Shown here piece by piece: positions 38,937 to 53,900 of a stretch of DNA of 64,000 nt. The notes beneath the pieces were generated by a model. That model was given only the letters and a program-made list of their open reading frames with translations. It was not told the origin of the DNA and ran no database searches. The position numbers and the translations under genes were made by a program. Position 1 is the first letter of the stretch, and each line of letters begins with the position of its first letter. Source of the DNA: Gordius albopunctatus (Eukaryota); NCBI GenBank assembly GCA_964276515.1, contig OZ193909.1:10106001-10170000 (forward strand), read 5' to 3'.

Positions 38937-41900
38937 AAACAATTTTAAATATTTTTAGCTAAAAAATATTTTTTTTGTTATTTTATGTAAAAGAGCTTGA
39001 AAAAATATATAAAAGTAAGCTAATTTGAGATGTCTATTAATCTCGATCGACTCCTTATAAGAAGTTTTAAGCTGCGAGAACTATCATTTTGTTGAGAGAC
39101 AACGTTATATTGTTGCGATTAGTTTGTTTCATCGCGACGAGACTGCTGAATTTTTGAAACATGCTATATGCGATGATTATCTCAAAGTAATAGTTATCTA
39201 ATTGTGATAAATTTTTACTTCTTATCATGGAATACACGTCTGAAAATAACAACTTTCATCGGATGAATATGGTTTAATGGAAACAATTTTAAATATTTTT
39301 AGCTAAAAAAATATTTTTTTTGTTATTTTATGTAAAAGAGCTTGAAAAAATATATAAAAGTAAGCTAATTTGAGATTCCTATTAATCTCGATCGACTCCT
39401 TATAAGAAGTTTTAAGCTGCGAGAACTATCATTTTGAGGAAAGACAACGTTATATTGTTGCGATTATCATCGCGACGAGAGTGCTGAATTTTTGAAACAT
39501 GCTATATGCGATGATTATTTCAAAGTAATAGTTATCTAATTGTGATAAATTTTTACTTCTTATCATGAAAATCACGTCTGAAAATAACAACTTTCATCGG
39601 ATGAATATGGTTTAATGGAAATAATTTTAAATATTTTTAGCTAAAAAAATATTTTTTTTGTTATTTTATATAAAAGAGCTTGAAAAAATATATAAAAGTA
39701 AGCTAATTTGAGATTCCTATTAATCTCGATCGACTCCTTATAAGAAGTTTTAAGCTGCGAGAACTATCATTTTGAGGAAAGACAACGTTATATTGTCGCG
39801 ATTATCATCGCGACGAGAGTGCTGAATTTTTGAAACATGCTATATGCGATGATTATTTCAAAGTAATAGTTATCTAATTGTGATAAATTTTTACTTCTTA
39901 TCATGAAAATCACGTCTGAAAATAACAACTTTCATCGGATGAATATGGTTTAATGGAAATAATTTTAAATATTTTGAGCTGAAAAATATATTTTTTGTTA
40001 TTTTGTGTAAAAGAGCTTGAATAAATATATAAAAGTATGCTAATTTGAGATTCATATTAATCTCAATCGACTCCTTATAATAAGTTTTAAGCTGCGAGAA
40101 CTATCATTTTGAGGAAAGACAACGTTATATTGTTGCGATTATCATCGCGACGAGAGTGCTGAATTTTTGAAACATACTATATGCGATGATTATTTCAAAG
40201 TAATAGTTATCTAATTGTGATAAATTTTTACTTCTTATCATGAAAATCACGTCTGAAAATAACAACTTTCATCGGATGAATATGGTTTAATGGAAACAAT
40301 TTTAAATATTTTTAGCTAAAAAAATATTTTTTTTGTTATTTTATGTAAAAGAGCTTGAAAAAATATATAAAAGTAAGCTAATTTGAGATTCCTATTAATC
40401 TCGATCGACTCCTTATAAGAAGTTTTAAGCTGCGAGAACTATCATTTTGTTGAGAGACAACGTTATATTGTTGCGATTAGTTTGTTTCATCGCGACGAGA
40501 CTGCTGAATTTTTGAAACATGCTATATGCGATGATTATCTCAAAGTAATAGTTATCTAATTGTGATAAATTTTTACTTCTTATCATGGAATACACGTCTG
40601 AAAATTACAACTTTCATCGGATGAATATGGTTTAATGGAAACAATTTTAAATATTTTTAGCTAAAAAAATATTTTTTTTGTTATTTTATGTAAAAGAGCT
40701 TGAAAAAATATAAAAAAGTAAGCTAATTTGAGATTCCTATTAATCTCGATCGACTCCTTATAAGAAGTTTTAAGCTGCGAGAACTATCATTTTGTTGAGA
40801 GACAACGTTATATTGTTGCGATTAGTTTGTTTCATCGCGACGAGACTGCTGAATTTTTGAAACATGCTATATGCGATGATTATCTCAAAGTAATAGTTAT
40901 CTAATTGTGATAAATTTTTACTTCTTATCATGGAATACACGTCTGAAAATAACAACTTTCATCGGATGAATATGGTTTAATGGAAACAATTTTAAATATT
41001 TTTAGCTAAAAAAATATTTTTTTTGTTATTTTATGTAAAAGAGCTTGAAAAAATATATAAAAGTAAGCTAATTTGAGATTCCTATTAATCTCGATCGACT
41101 CCTTATAAGAAGTTTTAAGCTGCGAGAACTATCATTTTGAGGAAAGACAACGTTATATTGTTGCGATTATCATCGCGACGAGAGTGCTGAATTTTTGAAA
41201 CATGCTATATGCGATGATTATTTCAAAGTAATAGTTATCTAATTGTGATAAATTTTTACTTCTTATCATGAAAATCAGGTCTGAAAATAACAACTTTCAT
41301 CGGATGAATATGGTTTAATGGAAATAATTTTAAATATTTTGAGCTGAAAAATATATTTTTTGTTATTTTGTGCAAAAGAGCTTGAAAAAATATATAAAAG
41401 TAAGCTAATTTGAGATTCCTATTAATCTCGATCGACTCCTTATAAGAAGTTTTAAGCTGCGAGAACTATCATTTTGTTGAGAGACAACGTTATATTGTTG
41501 CGATTAGTTTGTTTCATCGCGACGAGACTGCTGAATTTTTGAAACATGCTATATGCGATGATTATCTCAAAGTAATAGTTATCTAATTGTGATAAATTTT
41601 TACTTCTTATCATGGAATACACGTCTGAAAATAACAACTTTCATCGGATGAATATGGTTTAATGGAAACAATTTTAAATATTTTTAGCTAAAAAAATATT
41701 TTTTTTGTTATTTTATGTAAAAGAGCTTGAAAAAATATAAAAAAGTAAGCTAATTTGAGATTCCTATTAATCTCGATCGACTCCTTATAAGAAGTTTTAA
41801 GCTGCGAGAACTATCATTTTGTTGAGAGACAACGTTATATTGTTGCGATTAGTTTGTTTCATCGCGACGAGACTGCTGAATTTTTGAAACATGCTATATG

Positions 41901-44900
41901 CGATGATTATCTCAAAGTAATAGTTATCTAATTGTGATAAATTTTTACTTCTTATCATGGAATACACGTCTGAAAATAACAACTTTCATCGGATGAATAT
42001 GGTTTAATGGAAACAATTTTAAATATTTTTAGCTAAAAAAATATTTTTTTTGTTATTTTATGTAAAAGAGCTTGAAAAAATATATAAAAGTAAGCTAATT
42101 TGAGATTCCTATTAATCTCGATCGACTCCTTATAAGAAGTTTTAAGCTGCGAGAACTATCATTTTGAGGAAAGACAACGTTATATTGTTGCGATTATCAT
42201 CGCGACGAGAGTGCTGAATTTTTGAAACATACTATATGCGATGATTATTTCAAAGTAATAGTTATCTAATTGTGATAAATTTTTACTTCTTATCATGAAA
42301 ATCACGTCTGAAAATAACAACTTTCATCGGATGAATATGGTTTAATGGAAACAATTTTAAATATTTTTAGCTAAAAAAATATTTTTTTTGTTATTTTATG
42401 TAAAAGAGCTTGAAAAAATATATAAAAGTAAGCTAATTTGAGATTCCTATTAATCTCGATCGACTCCTTATAAGAAGTTTTAAGCTGCGAGAACTATCAT
42501 TTTGTTGAGAGACAACGTTATATTGTTGCGATTAGTTTGTTTCATCGCGACGAGACTGCTGAATTTTTGAAACATGCTATATGCGATGATTATCTCAAAG
42601 TAATAGTTATCTAATTGTGATAAATTTTTACTTCTTATCATGGAATACACGTCTGAAAATAACAACTTTCATCGGATGAATATGGTTTAATGGAAACAAT
42701 TTTAAATATTTTTAGCTAAAAAAATATTTTTTTTGTTATTTTATGTAAAAGAGCTTGAAAAAATATAAAAAAGTAAGCTAATTTGAGATTCCTATTAATC
42801 TCGATCGACTCCTTATAAGAAGTTTTAAGCTGCGAGAACTATCATTTTGTTGAGAGACAACGTTATATTGTTGCGATTAGTTTGTTTCATCGCGACGAGA
42901 CTGCTGAATTTTTGAAACATGCTATATGCGATGATTATCTCAAAGTAATAGTTATCTAATTGTGATAAATTTTTACTTCTTATCATGGAATACACGTCTG
43001 AAAATAACAACTTTCATCGGATGAATATGGTTTAATGGAAACAATTTTAAATATTTTTAGCTAAAAAAATATTTTTTTTGTTATTTTATGTAAAAGAGCT
43101 TGAAAAAATATATAAAAGTAAGCTAATTTGAGATGTCTATTAATCTCGATCGACTCCTTATAATAAGTTTTAAGCTGCGAGAACTATCATTTTGTTGAGA
43201 GACAACGCTTTATTGTTGCGATTATCATCGCGACGAGAGTGCTGAATTTTTGAAACATGCTATATGCGATGATTATTTCAAAGTAATAGTTATCTAATTG
43301 TGATAAATTTTTACTTCTTATCATGAAAATCACGTCTGAAAATAACAACTTTCATCGGATGAATATGGTTTAATGGAAATAATTTTAAATATTTTTAGCT
43401 AAAAAAATATTTTTTTTGTTATTTTATGTAAAAGAGCTTGAAAAAATATATAAAAGTAAGCTAATTTGAGATTCCTATTAATCTCGATCGACTCCTTATA
43501 AGAAGTTTTAAGCTGCGAGAACTATCATTTTGAGGAAAGACAACGTTATATTGTTGCGATTATCATCGCGACGAGAGTGCTGAATTTTTGAAACATGCTA
43601 TATGCGATGATTATTTCAAAGTAATAGTTATCTAATTGTGATAAATTTTTACTTCTTATCATGAAAATCACGTCTGAAAATAACAACTTTCATCGGATGA
43701 ATATGGTTTAATGGAAATAATTTTAAATATTTTGAGCTGAAAAATATATTTTTTGTTATTTTGTGTAAAAGAGCTTGAAAAAATATATAAAAGTATGCTA
43801 ATTTGAGATTCCTATTAATCTCGATCGACTCCTTATAAGAAGTTTTAAGCTGCGAGAACTATCATTTTGTTGAGAGACAACGTTATATTGTTGCGATTAG
43901 TTTGTTTCATCGCGACGAGACTGCTGAATTTTTGAAACATGCTATATGCGATGATTATCTCAAAGTAATAGTTATCTAATTGTGATAAATTTTTACTTCT
44001 TATCATGGAATACACGTCTGAAAATTACAACTTTCATCGGATGAATATGGTTTAATGGAAACAATTTTAAATATTTTTAGCTAAAAAAATATTTTTTTTG
44101 TTATTTTATGTAAAAGAGCTTGAAAAAATATAAAAAAGTAAGCTAATTTGAGATTCCTATTAATCTCGATCGACTCCTTATAAGAAGTTTTAAGCTGCGA
44201 GAACTATCATTTTGTTGAGAGACAACGTTATATTGTTGCGATTAGTTTGTTTCATCGCGACGAGACTGCTGAATTTTTGAAACATGCTATATGCGATGAT
44301 TATCTCAAAGTAATAGTTATCTAATTGTGATAAATTTTTACTTCTTATCATGGAATACACGTCTGAAAATAACAACTTTCATCGGATGAATATGGTTTAA
44401 TGGAAACAATTTTAAATATTTTTAGCTAAAAAAATATTTTTTTTGTTATTTTATGTAAAAGAGCTTGAAAAAATATATAAAAGTAAGCTAATTTGAGATT
44501 CCTATTAATCTCGATCGACTCCTTATAAGAAGTTTTAAGCTGCGAGAACTATCATTTTGAGGAAAGACAACGTTATATTGTTGCGATTATCATCGCGACG
44601 AGAGTGCTGAATTTTTGAAACATGCTATATGCGATGATTATTTCAAAGTAATAGTTATCTAATTGTGATAAATTTTTACTTCTTATCATGAAAATCAGGT
44701 CTGAAAATAACAACTTTCATCGGATGAATATGGTTTAATGGAAATAATTTTAAATATTTTGAGCTGAAAAATATATTTTTTGTTATTTTGTGCAAAAGAG
44801 CTTGAAAAAATATATAAAAGTAAGCTAATTTGAGATTCCTATTAATCTCGATCGACTCCTTATAAGAAGTTTTAAGCTGCGAGAACTATCATTTTGTTGA

Positions 44901-47900
44901 GAGACAACGTTATATTGTTGCGATTAGTTTGTTTCATCGCGACGAGACTGCTGAATTTTTGAAACATGCTATATGCGATGATTATCTCAAAGTAATAGTT
45001 ATCTAATTGTGATAAATTTTTACTTCTTATCATGGAATACACGTCTGAAAATAACAACTTTCATCGGATGAATATGGTTTAATGGAAACAATTTTAAATA
45101 TTTTTAGCTAAAAAAATATTTTTTTTGTTATTTTATGTAAAAGAGCTTGAAAAAATATAAAAAAGTAAGCTAATTTGAGATTCCTATTAATCTCGATCGA
45201 CTCCTTATAAGAAGTTTTAAGCTGCGAGAACTATCATTTTGTTGAGAGACAACGTTATATTGTTGCGATTAGTTTGTTTCATCGCGACGAGACTGCTGAA
45301 TTTTTGAAACATGCTATATGCGATGATTATCTCAAAGTAATAGTTATCTAATTGTGATAAATTTTTACTTCTTATCATGGAATACACGTCTGAAAATAAC
45401 AACTTTCATCGGATGAATATGGTTTAATGGAAACAATTTTAAATATTTTTAGCTAAAAAAATATTTTTTTTGTTATTTTATGTAAAAGAGCTTGAAAAAA
45501 TATATAAAAGTAAGCTAATTTGAGATTCCTATTAATCTCGATCGACTCCTTATAAGAAGTTTTAAGCTGCGAGAACTATCATTTTGAGGAAAGACAACGT
45601 TATATTGTTGCGATTATCATCGCGACGAGAGTGCTGAATTTTTGAAACATACTATATGCGATGATTATTTCAAAGTAATAGTTATCTAATTGTGATAAAT
45701 TTTTACTTCTTATCATGAAAATCACGTCTGAAAATAACAACTTTCATCGGATGAATATGGTTTAATGGAAACAATTTTAAATATTTTTAGCTAAAAAAAT
45801 ATTTTTTTTGTTATTTTATGTAAAAGAGCTTGAAAAAATATATAAAAGTAAGCTAATTTGAGATTCCTATTAATCTCGATCGACTCCTTATAAGAAGTTT
45901 TAAGCTGCGAGAACTATCATTTTGTTGAGAGACAACGTTATATTGTTGCGATTAGTTTGTTTCATCGCGACGAGACTGCTGAATTTTTGAAACATGCTAT
46001 ATGCGATGATTATCTCAAAGTAATAGTTATCTAATTGTGATAAATTTTTACTTCTTATCATGGAATACACGTCTGAAAATAACAACTTTCATCGGATGAA
46101 TATGGTTTAATGGAAACAATTTTAAATATTTTTAGCTAAAAAAATATTTTTTTTGTTATTTTATGTAAAAGAGCTTGAAAAAATATAAAAAAGTAAGCTA
46201 ATTTGAGATTCCTATTAATCTCGATCGACTCCTTATAAGAAGTTTTAAGCTGCGAGAACTATCATTTTGTTGAGAGACAACGTTATATTGTTGCGATTAG
46301 TTTGTTTCATCGCGACGAGACTGCTGAATTTTTGAAACATGCTATATGCGATGATTATCTCAAAGTAATAGTTATCTAATTGTGATAAATTTTTACTTCT
46401 TATCATGGAATACACGTCTGAAAATAACAACTTTCATCGGATGAATATGGTTTAATGGAAACAATTTTAAATATTTTTAGCTAAAAAAATATTTTTTTTG
46501 TTATTTTATGTAAAAGAGCTTGAAAAAATATATAAAAGTAAGCTAATTTGAGATGTCTATTAATCTCGATCGACTCCTTATAATAAGTTTTAAGCTGCGA
46601 GAACTATCATTTTGTTGAGAGACAACGCTTTATTGTTGCGATTATCATCGCGACGAGAGTGCTGAATTTTTGAAACATGCTATATGCGATGATTATTTCA
46701 AAGTAATAGTTATCTAATTGTGATAAATTTTTACTTCTTATCATGAAAATCACGTCTGAAAATAACAACTTTCATCGGATGAATATGGTTTAATGGAAAT
46801 AATTTTAAATATTTTTAGCTAAAAAAATATTTTTTTTGTTATTTTATGTAAAAGAGCTTGAAAAAATATATAAAAGTAAGCTAATTTGAGATTCCTATTA
46901 ATCTCGATCGACTCCTTATAAGAAGTTTTAAGCTGCGAGAACTATCATTTTGAGGAAAGACAACGTTATATTGTTGCGATTATCATCGCGACGAGAGTGC
47001 TGAATTTTTGAAACATGCTATATGCGATGATTATTTCAAAGTAATAGTTATCTAATTGTGATAAATTTTTACTTCTTATCATGAAAATCACGTCTGAAAA
47101 TAACAACTTTCATCGGATGAATATGGTTTAATGGAAATAATTTTAAATATTTTGAGCTGAAAAATATATTTTTTGTTATTTTGTGTAAAAGAGCTTGAAA
47201 AAATATATAAAAGTATGCTAATTTGAGATTCATATTAATCTCAATCGACTCCTTATAATAAGTTTTAAGCTGCGAGAACTATCATTTTGAGGAAAGACAA
47301 CGTTATATTGTTGCGATTATCATCGCGACGAGAGTGCTGAATTTTTGAAACATGCTATATGCGATGATTATTTCAAAGTAATAGTTATCTAATTGTGATA
47401 AATTTTTACTTCTTATCATGAAAATCACGTCTGAAAATAACAACTTTAATCGGATGAATATGGTTTAATGGAAACAATTTTAAATATTTTTAGCTAAAAA
47501 ATATTTTTTTTGTTATTTTATGTAAAAGAGCTTGAAAAAATATATAAAAGTAAGCTAATTTGAGATGTCTATTAATCTCGATCGACTCCTTATAAGAAGT
47601 TTTAAGCTGCGAGAACTATCATTTTGTTGAGAGACAACGTTATATTGTTGCGATTAGTTTGTTTCATCGCGACGAGACTGCTGAATTTTTGAAACATGCT
47701 ATATGCGATGATTATCTCAAAGTAATAGTTATCTAATTGTGATAAATTTTTACTTCTTATCATGGAATACACGTCTGAAAATAACAACTTTCATCGGATG
47801 AATATGGTTTAATGGAAACAATTTTAAATATTTTTAGCTAAAAAAATATTTTTTTTGTTATTTTATGTAAAAGAGCTTGAAAAAATATATAAAAGTAAGC

Positions 47901-50900
47901 TAATTTGAGATTCCTATTAATCTCGATCGACTCCTTATAAGAAGTTTTAAGCTGCGAGAACTATCATTTTGAGGAAAGACAACGTTATATTGTTGCGATT
48001 ATCATCGCGACGAGAGTGCTGAATTTTTGAAACATGCTATATGCGATGATTATTTCAAAGTAATAGTTATCTAATTGTGATAAATTTTTACTTCTTATCA
48101 TGAAAATCACGTCTGAAAATAACAACTTTCATCGGATGAATATGGTTTAATGGAAATAATTTTAAATATTTTTAGCTAAAAAAATATTTTTTTTGTTATT
48201 TTATATAAAAGAGCTTGAAAAAATATATAAAAGTAAGCTAATTTGAGATTCCTATTAATCTCGATCGACTCCTTATAAGAAGTTTTAAGCTGCGAGAACT
48301 ATCATTTTGAGGAAAGACAACGTTATATTGTCGCGATTATCATCGCGACGAGAGTGCTGAATTTTTGAAACATGCTATATGCGATGATTATTTCAAAGTA
48401 ATAGTTATCTAATTGTGATAAATTTTTACTTCTTATCATGAAAATCACGTCTGAAAATAACAACTTTCATCGGATGAATATGGTTTAATGGAAATAATTT
48501 TAAATATTTTGAGCTGAAAAATATATTTTTTGTTATTTTGTGTAAAAGAGCTTGAATAAATATATAAAAGTATGCTAATTTGAGATTCATATTAATCTCA
48601 ATCGACTCCTTATAATAAGTTTTAAGCTGCGAGAACTATCATTTTGAGGAAAGACAACGTTATATTGTTGCGATTATCATCGCGACGAGAGTGCTGAATT
48701 TTTGAAACATACTATATGCGATGATTATTTCAAAGTAATAGTTATCTAATTGTGATAAATTTTTACTTCTTATCATGAAAATCACGTCTGAAAATAACAA
48801 CTTTCATCGGATGAATATGGTTTAATGGAAACAATTTTAAATATTTTTAGCTAAAAAAATATTTTTTTTGTTATTTTATGTAAAAGAGCTTGAAAAAATA
48901 TATAAAAGTAAGCTAATTTGAGATTCCTATTAATCTCGATCGACTCCTTATAAGAAGTTTTAAGCTGCGAGAACTATCATTTTGTTGAGAGACAACGTTA
49001 TATTGTTGCGATTAGTTTGTTTCATCGCGACGAGACTGCTGAATTTTTGAAACATGCTATATGCGATGATTATCTCAAAGTAATAGTTATCTAATTGTGA
49101 TAAATTTTTACTTCTTATCATGGAATACACGTCTGAAAATTACAACTTTCATCGGATGAATATGGTTTAATGGAAACAATTTTAAATATTTTTAGCTAAA
49201 AAAATATTTTTTTTGTTATTTTATGTAAAAGAGCTTGAAAAAATATAAAAAAGTAAGCTAATTTGAGATTCCTATTAATCTCGATCGACTCCTTATAAGA
49301 AGTTTTAAGCTGCGAGAACTATCATTTTGTTGAGAGACAACGTTATATTGTTGCGATTAGTTTGTTTCATCGCGACGAGACTGCTGAATTTTTGAAACAT
49401 GCTATATGCGATGATTATCTCAAAGTAATAGTTATCTAATTGTGATAAATTTTTACTTCTTATCATGGAATACACGTCTGAAAATAACAACTTTCATCGG
49501 ATGAATATGGTTTAATGGAAACAATTTTAAATATTTTTAGCTAAAAAAATATTTTTTTTGTTATTTTATGTAAAAGAGCTTGAAAAAATATATAAAAGTA
49601 AGCTAATTTGAGATTCCTATTAATCTCGATCGACTCCTTATAAGAAGTTTTAAGCTGCGAGAACTATCATTTTGAGGAAAGACAACGTTATATTGTTGCG
49701 ATTATCATCGCGACGAGAGTGCTGAATTTTTGAAACATGCTATATGCGATGATTATTTCAAAGTAATAGTTATCTAATTGTGATAAATTTTTACTTCTTA
49801 TCATGAAAATCAGGTCTGAAAATAACAACTTTCATCGGATGAATATGGTTTAATGGAAATAATTTTAAATATTTTGAGCTGAAAAATATATTTTTTGTTA
49901 TTTTGTGCAAAAGAGCTTGAAAAAATATATAAAAGTAAGCTAATTTGAGATTCCTATTAATCTCGATCGACTCCTTATAAGAAGTTTTAAGCTGCGAGAA
50001 CTATCATTTTGTTGAGAGACAACGTTATATTGTTGCGATTAGTTTGTTTCATCGCGACGAGACTGCTGAATTTTTGAAACATGCTATATGCGATGATTAT
50101 CTCAAAGTAATAGTTATCTAATTGTGATAAATTTTTACTTCTTATCATGGAATACACGTCTGAAAATAACAACTTTCATCGGATGAATATGGTTTAATGG
50201 AAACAATTTTAAATATTTTTAGCTAAAAAAATATTTTTTTTGTTATTTTATGTAAAAGAGCTTGAAAAAATATAAAAAAGTAAGCTAATTTGAGATTCCT
50301 ATTAATCTCGATCGACTCCTTATAAGAAGTTTTAAGCTGCGAGAACTATCATTTTGTTGAGAGACAACGTTATATTGTTGCGATTAGTTTGTTTCATCGC
50401 GACGAGACTGCTGAATTTTTGAAACATGCTATATGCGATGATTATCTCAAAGTAATAGTTATCTAATTGTGATAAATTTTTACTTCTTATCATGGAATAC
50501 ACGTCTGAAAATAACAACTTTCATCGGATGAATATGGTTTAATGGAAACAATTTTAAATATTTTTAGCTAAAAAAATATTTTTTTTGTTATTTTATGTAA
50601 AAGAGCTTGAAAAAATATATAAAAGTAAGCTAATTTGAGATTCCTATTAATCTCGATCGACTCCTTATAAGAAGTTTTAAGCTGCGAGAACTATCATTTT
50701 GAGGAAAGACAACGTTATATTGTTGCGATTATCATCGCGACGAGAGTGCTGAATTTTTGAAACATACTATATGCGATGATTATTTCAAAGTAATAGTTAT
50801 CTAATTGTGATAAATTTTTACTTCTTATCATGAAAATCACGTCTGAAAATAACAACTTTCATCGGATGAATATGGTTTAATGGAAACAATTTTAAATATT

Positions 50901-53900
50901 TTTAGCTAAAAAAATATTTTTTTTGTTATTTTATGTAAAAGAGCTTGAAAAAATATATAAAAGTAAGCTAATTTGAGATTCCTATTAATCTCGATCGACT
51001 CCTTATAAGAAGTTTTAAGCTGCGAGAACTATCATTTTGTTGAGAGACAACGTTATATTGTTGCGATTAGTTTGTTTCATCGCGACGAGACTGCTGAATT
51101 TTTGAAACATGCTATATGCGATGATTATCTCAAAGTAATAGTTATCTAATTGTGATAAATTTTTACTTCTTATCATGGAATACACGTCTGAAAATAACAA
51201 CTTTCATCGGATGAATATGGTTTAATGGAAACAATTTTAAATATTTTTAGCTAAAAAAATATTTTTTTTGTTATTTTATGTAAAAGAGCTTGAAAAAATA
51301 TAAAAAAGTAAGCTAATTTGAGATTCCTATTAATCTCGATCGACTCCTTATAAGAAGTTTTAAGCTGCGAGAACTATCATTTTGTTGAGAGACAACGTTA
51401 TATTGTTGCGATTAGTTTGTTTCATCGCGACGAGACTGCTGAATTTTTGAAACATGCTATATGCGATGATTATCTCAAAGTAATAGTTATCTAATTGTGA
51501 TAAATTTTTACTTCTTATCATGGAATACACGTCTGAAAATAACAACTTTCATCGGATGAATATGGTTTAATGGAAACAATTTTAAATATTTTTAGCTAAA
51601 AAAATATTTTTTTTGTTATTTTATGTAAAAGAGCTTGAAAAAATATATAAAAGTAAGCTAATTTGAGATTCCTATTAATCTCGATCGACTCCTTATAAGA
51701 AGTTTTAAGCTGCGAGAACTATCATTTTGAGGAAAGACAACGTTATATTGTTGCGATTATCATCGCGACGAGAGTGCTGAATTTTTGAAACATGCTATAT
51801 GCGATGATTATTTCAAAGTAATAGTTATCTAATTGTGATAAATTTTTACTTCTTATCATGAAAATCAGGTCTGAAAATAACAACTTTCATCGGATGAATA
51901 TGGTTTAATGGAAATAATTTTAAATATTTTGAGCTGAAAAATATATTTTTTGTTATTTTGTGCAAAAGAGCTTGAAAAAATATATAAAAGTATGCTAATT
52001 TGAGATTCCTATTAATCTCGATCGACTCCTTATAAGAAGTTTTAAGCTGCGAGAACTATCATTTTGAGGAAAGACAACGTTATATTGTTGCGATTATCAT
52101 CGCGACGATAGTGCTGAATTTTTGAAACATGCTATATGCGATGATTATTTCAAAGTAATAGTTATCTAATTGTGATAAATTTTTACTTCTTATCATGAAA
52201 ATCACGTCTGAAAATAACAACTTTCATCGGATGAATATGGTTTAATGGAAATAATTTTAAATATTTTGAGAGAAAAATATATTTTTTGTTATTTTGTGTA
52301 AAAGAGCTTGAAAAAATATATAAAAGTAAGCTAATTTGAGATTCCTATTAATCTCGATCGACTCCTTATAAGAAGTTTTAAGCTGCGAGAACTATCATTT
52401 TGAGGAAAGACAACGTTATATTGTTGCGATTATCATCGCGACGATAGTGCTGAATTTTTGAAACATGCTATATGCGATGATTATTTCAAAGTAATAGTTA
52501 TCTAATTGTGATAAATTTTTACTTCTTATCATGAAAATCACGTCTGAAAATAACAACTTTCATCGGATGAATATGGTTTAATGGAAATAATTTTAAATAT
52601 TTTGAGCTGAAAAATATATTTTTTGTTATTTTGTGTAAAAGAGCTTGAAAAAATATATAAAAGTATGCTAATTTGAGATTCCTATTAATCTCGATCGACT
52701 CCTTATAATAAGTTTTAAGCTGCGAGAACTATTATTTTGAGGAAAGACAACGTTATATTGTTGCGATTAGTTTGTTTCATCGCGACGAGAGTGCTGAATT
52801 TTTGAAACATGCTATATGCGATGATTATTTCAAAGTAATAGTTATCTAATTGTGATAAATTTTTACTTCTTATCATGAAAATCACGTCTGAAAATAACAA
52901 CTTTCATCGGATGAATATGGTTTAATGGAAATAATTTTAAATATTTTGAGCTGAAAAATATATTTTTTGTTATTTTGTGTAAAAGAGCTTGAAAAAATAT
53001 ATAAAAGTATGCTAATTTGAGATTCCTATTAATCTCGATCGACTCCTTATAATAAGTTTTAAGCTGCGAGAACTATCATTTTGAGGAAAGACAACGTTAT
53101 ATTGTTGCGATTATCATCGCGACGAGAGTGCTGAATTTTTGAAACATGCTATATGCGATGATTATTTCAAAGTAATAGTTATCTAATTGTGATAAATTTT
53201 TACTTCTTATCATGAAAATCACGTCTGAAAATAACAACTTTCATCGGATGAATATGGTTTAATGGAAATAATTTTAAATATTTTTAGCTAAAAAAATATT
53301 TTTTTTGTTATTTTATATAAAAGAGCTTGAAAAAATATATAAAAGTAAGCTAATTTGAGATTCCTATTAATCTCGATCGACTCCTTATAAGAAGTTTTAA
53401 GCTGCGAGAACTATCATTTTGAGGAAAGACAACGTTATATTGTCGCGATTATCATCGCGACGAGAGTGCTGAATTTTTGAAACATGCTATATGCGATGAT
53501 TATTTCAAAGTAATAGTTATCTAATTGTGATAAATTTTTACTTCTTATCATGAAAATCACGTCTGAAAATAACAACTTTCATCGGATGAATATGGTTTAA
53601 TGGAAATAATTTTAAATATTTTGAGCTGAAAAATATATTTTTTGTTATTTTGTGTAAAAGAGCTTGAATAAATATATAAAAGTATGCTAATTTGAGATTC
53701 ATATTAATCTCAATCGACTCCTTATAATAAGTTTTAAGCTGCGAGAACTATCATTTTGAGGAAAGACAACGTTATATTGTTGCGATTATCATCGCGACGA
53801 GAGTGCTGAATTTTTGAAACATACTATATGCGATGATTATTTCAAAGTAATAGTTATCTAATTGTGATAAATTTTTACTTCTTATCATGAAAATCACGTC

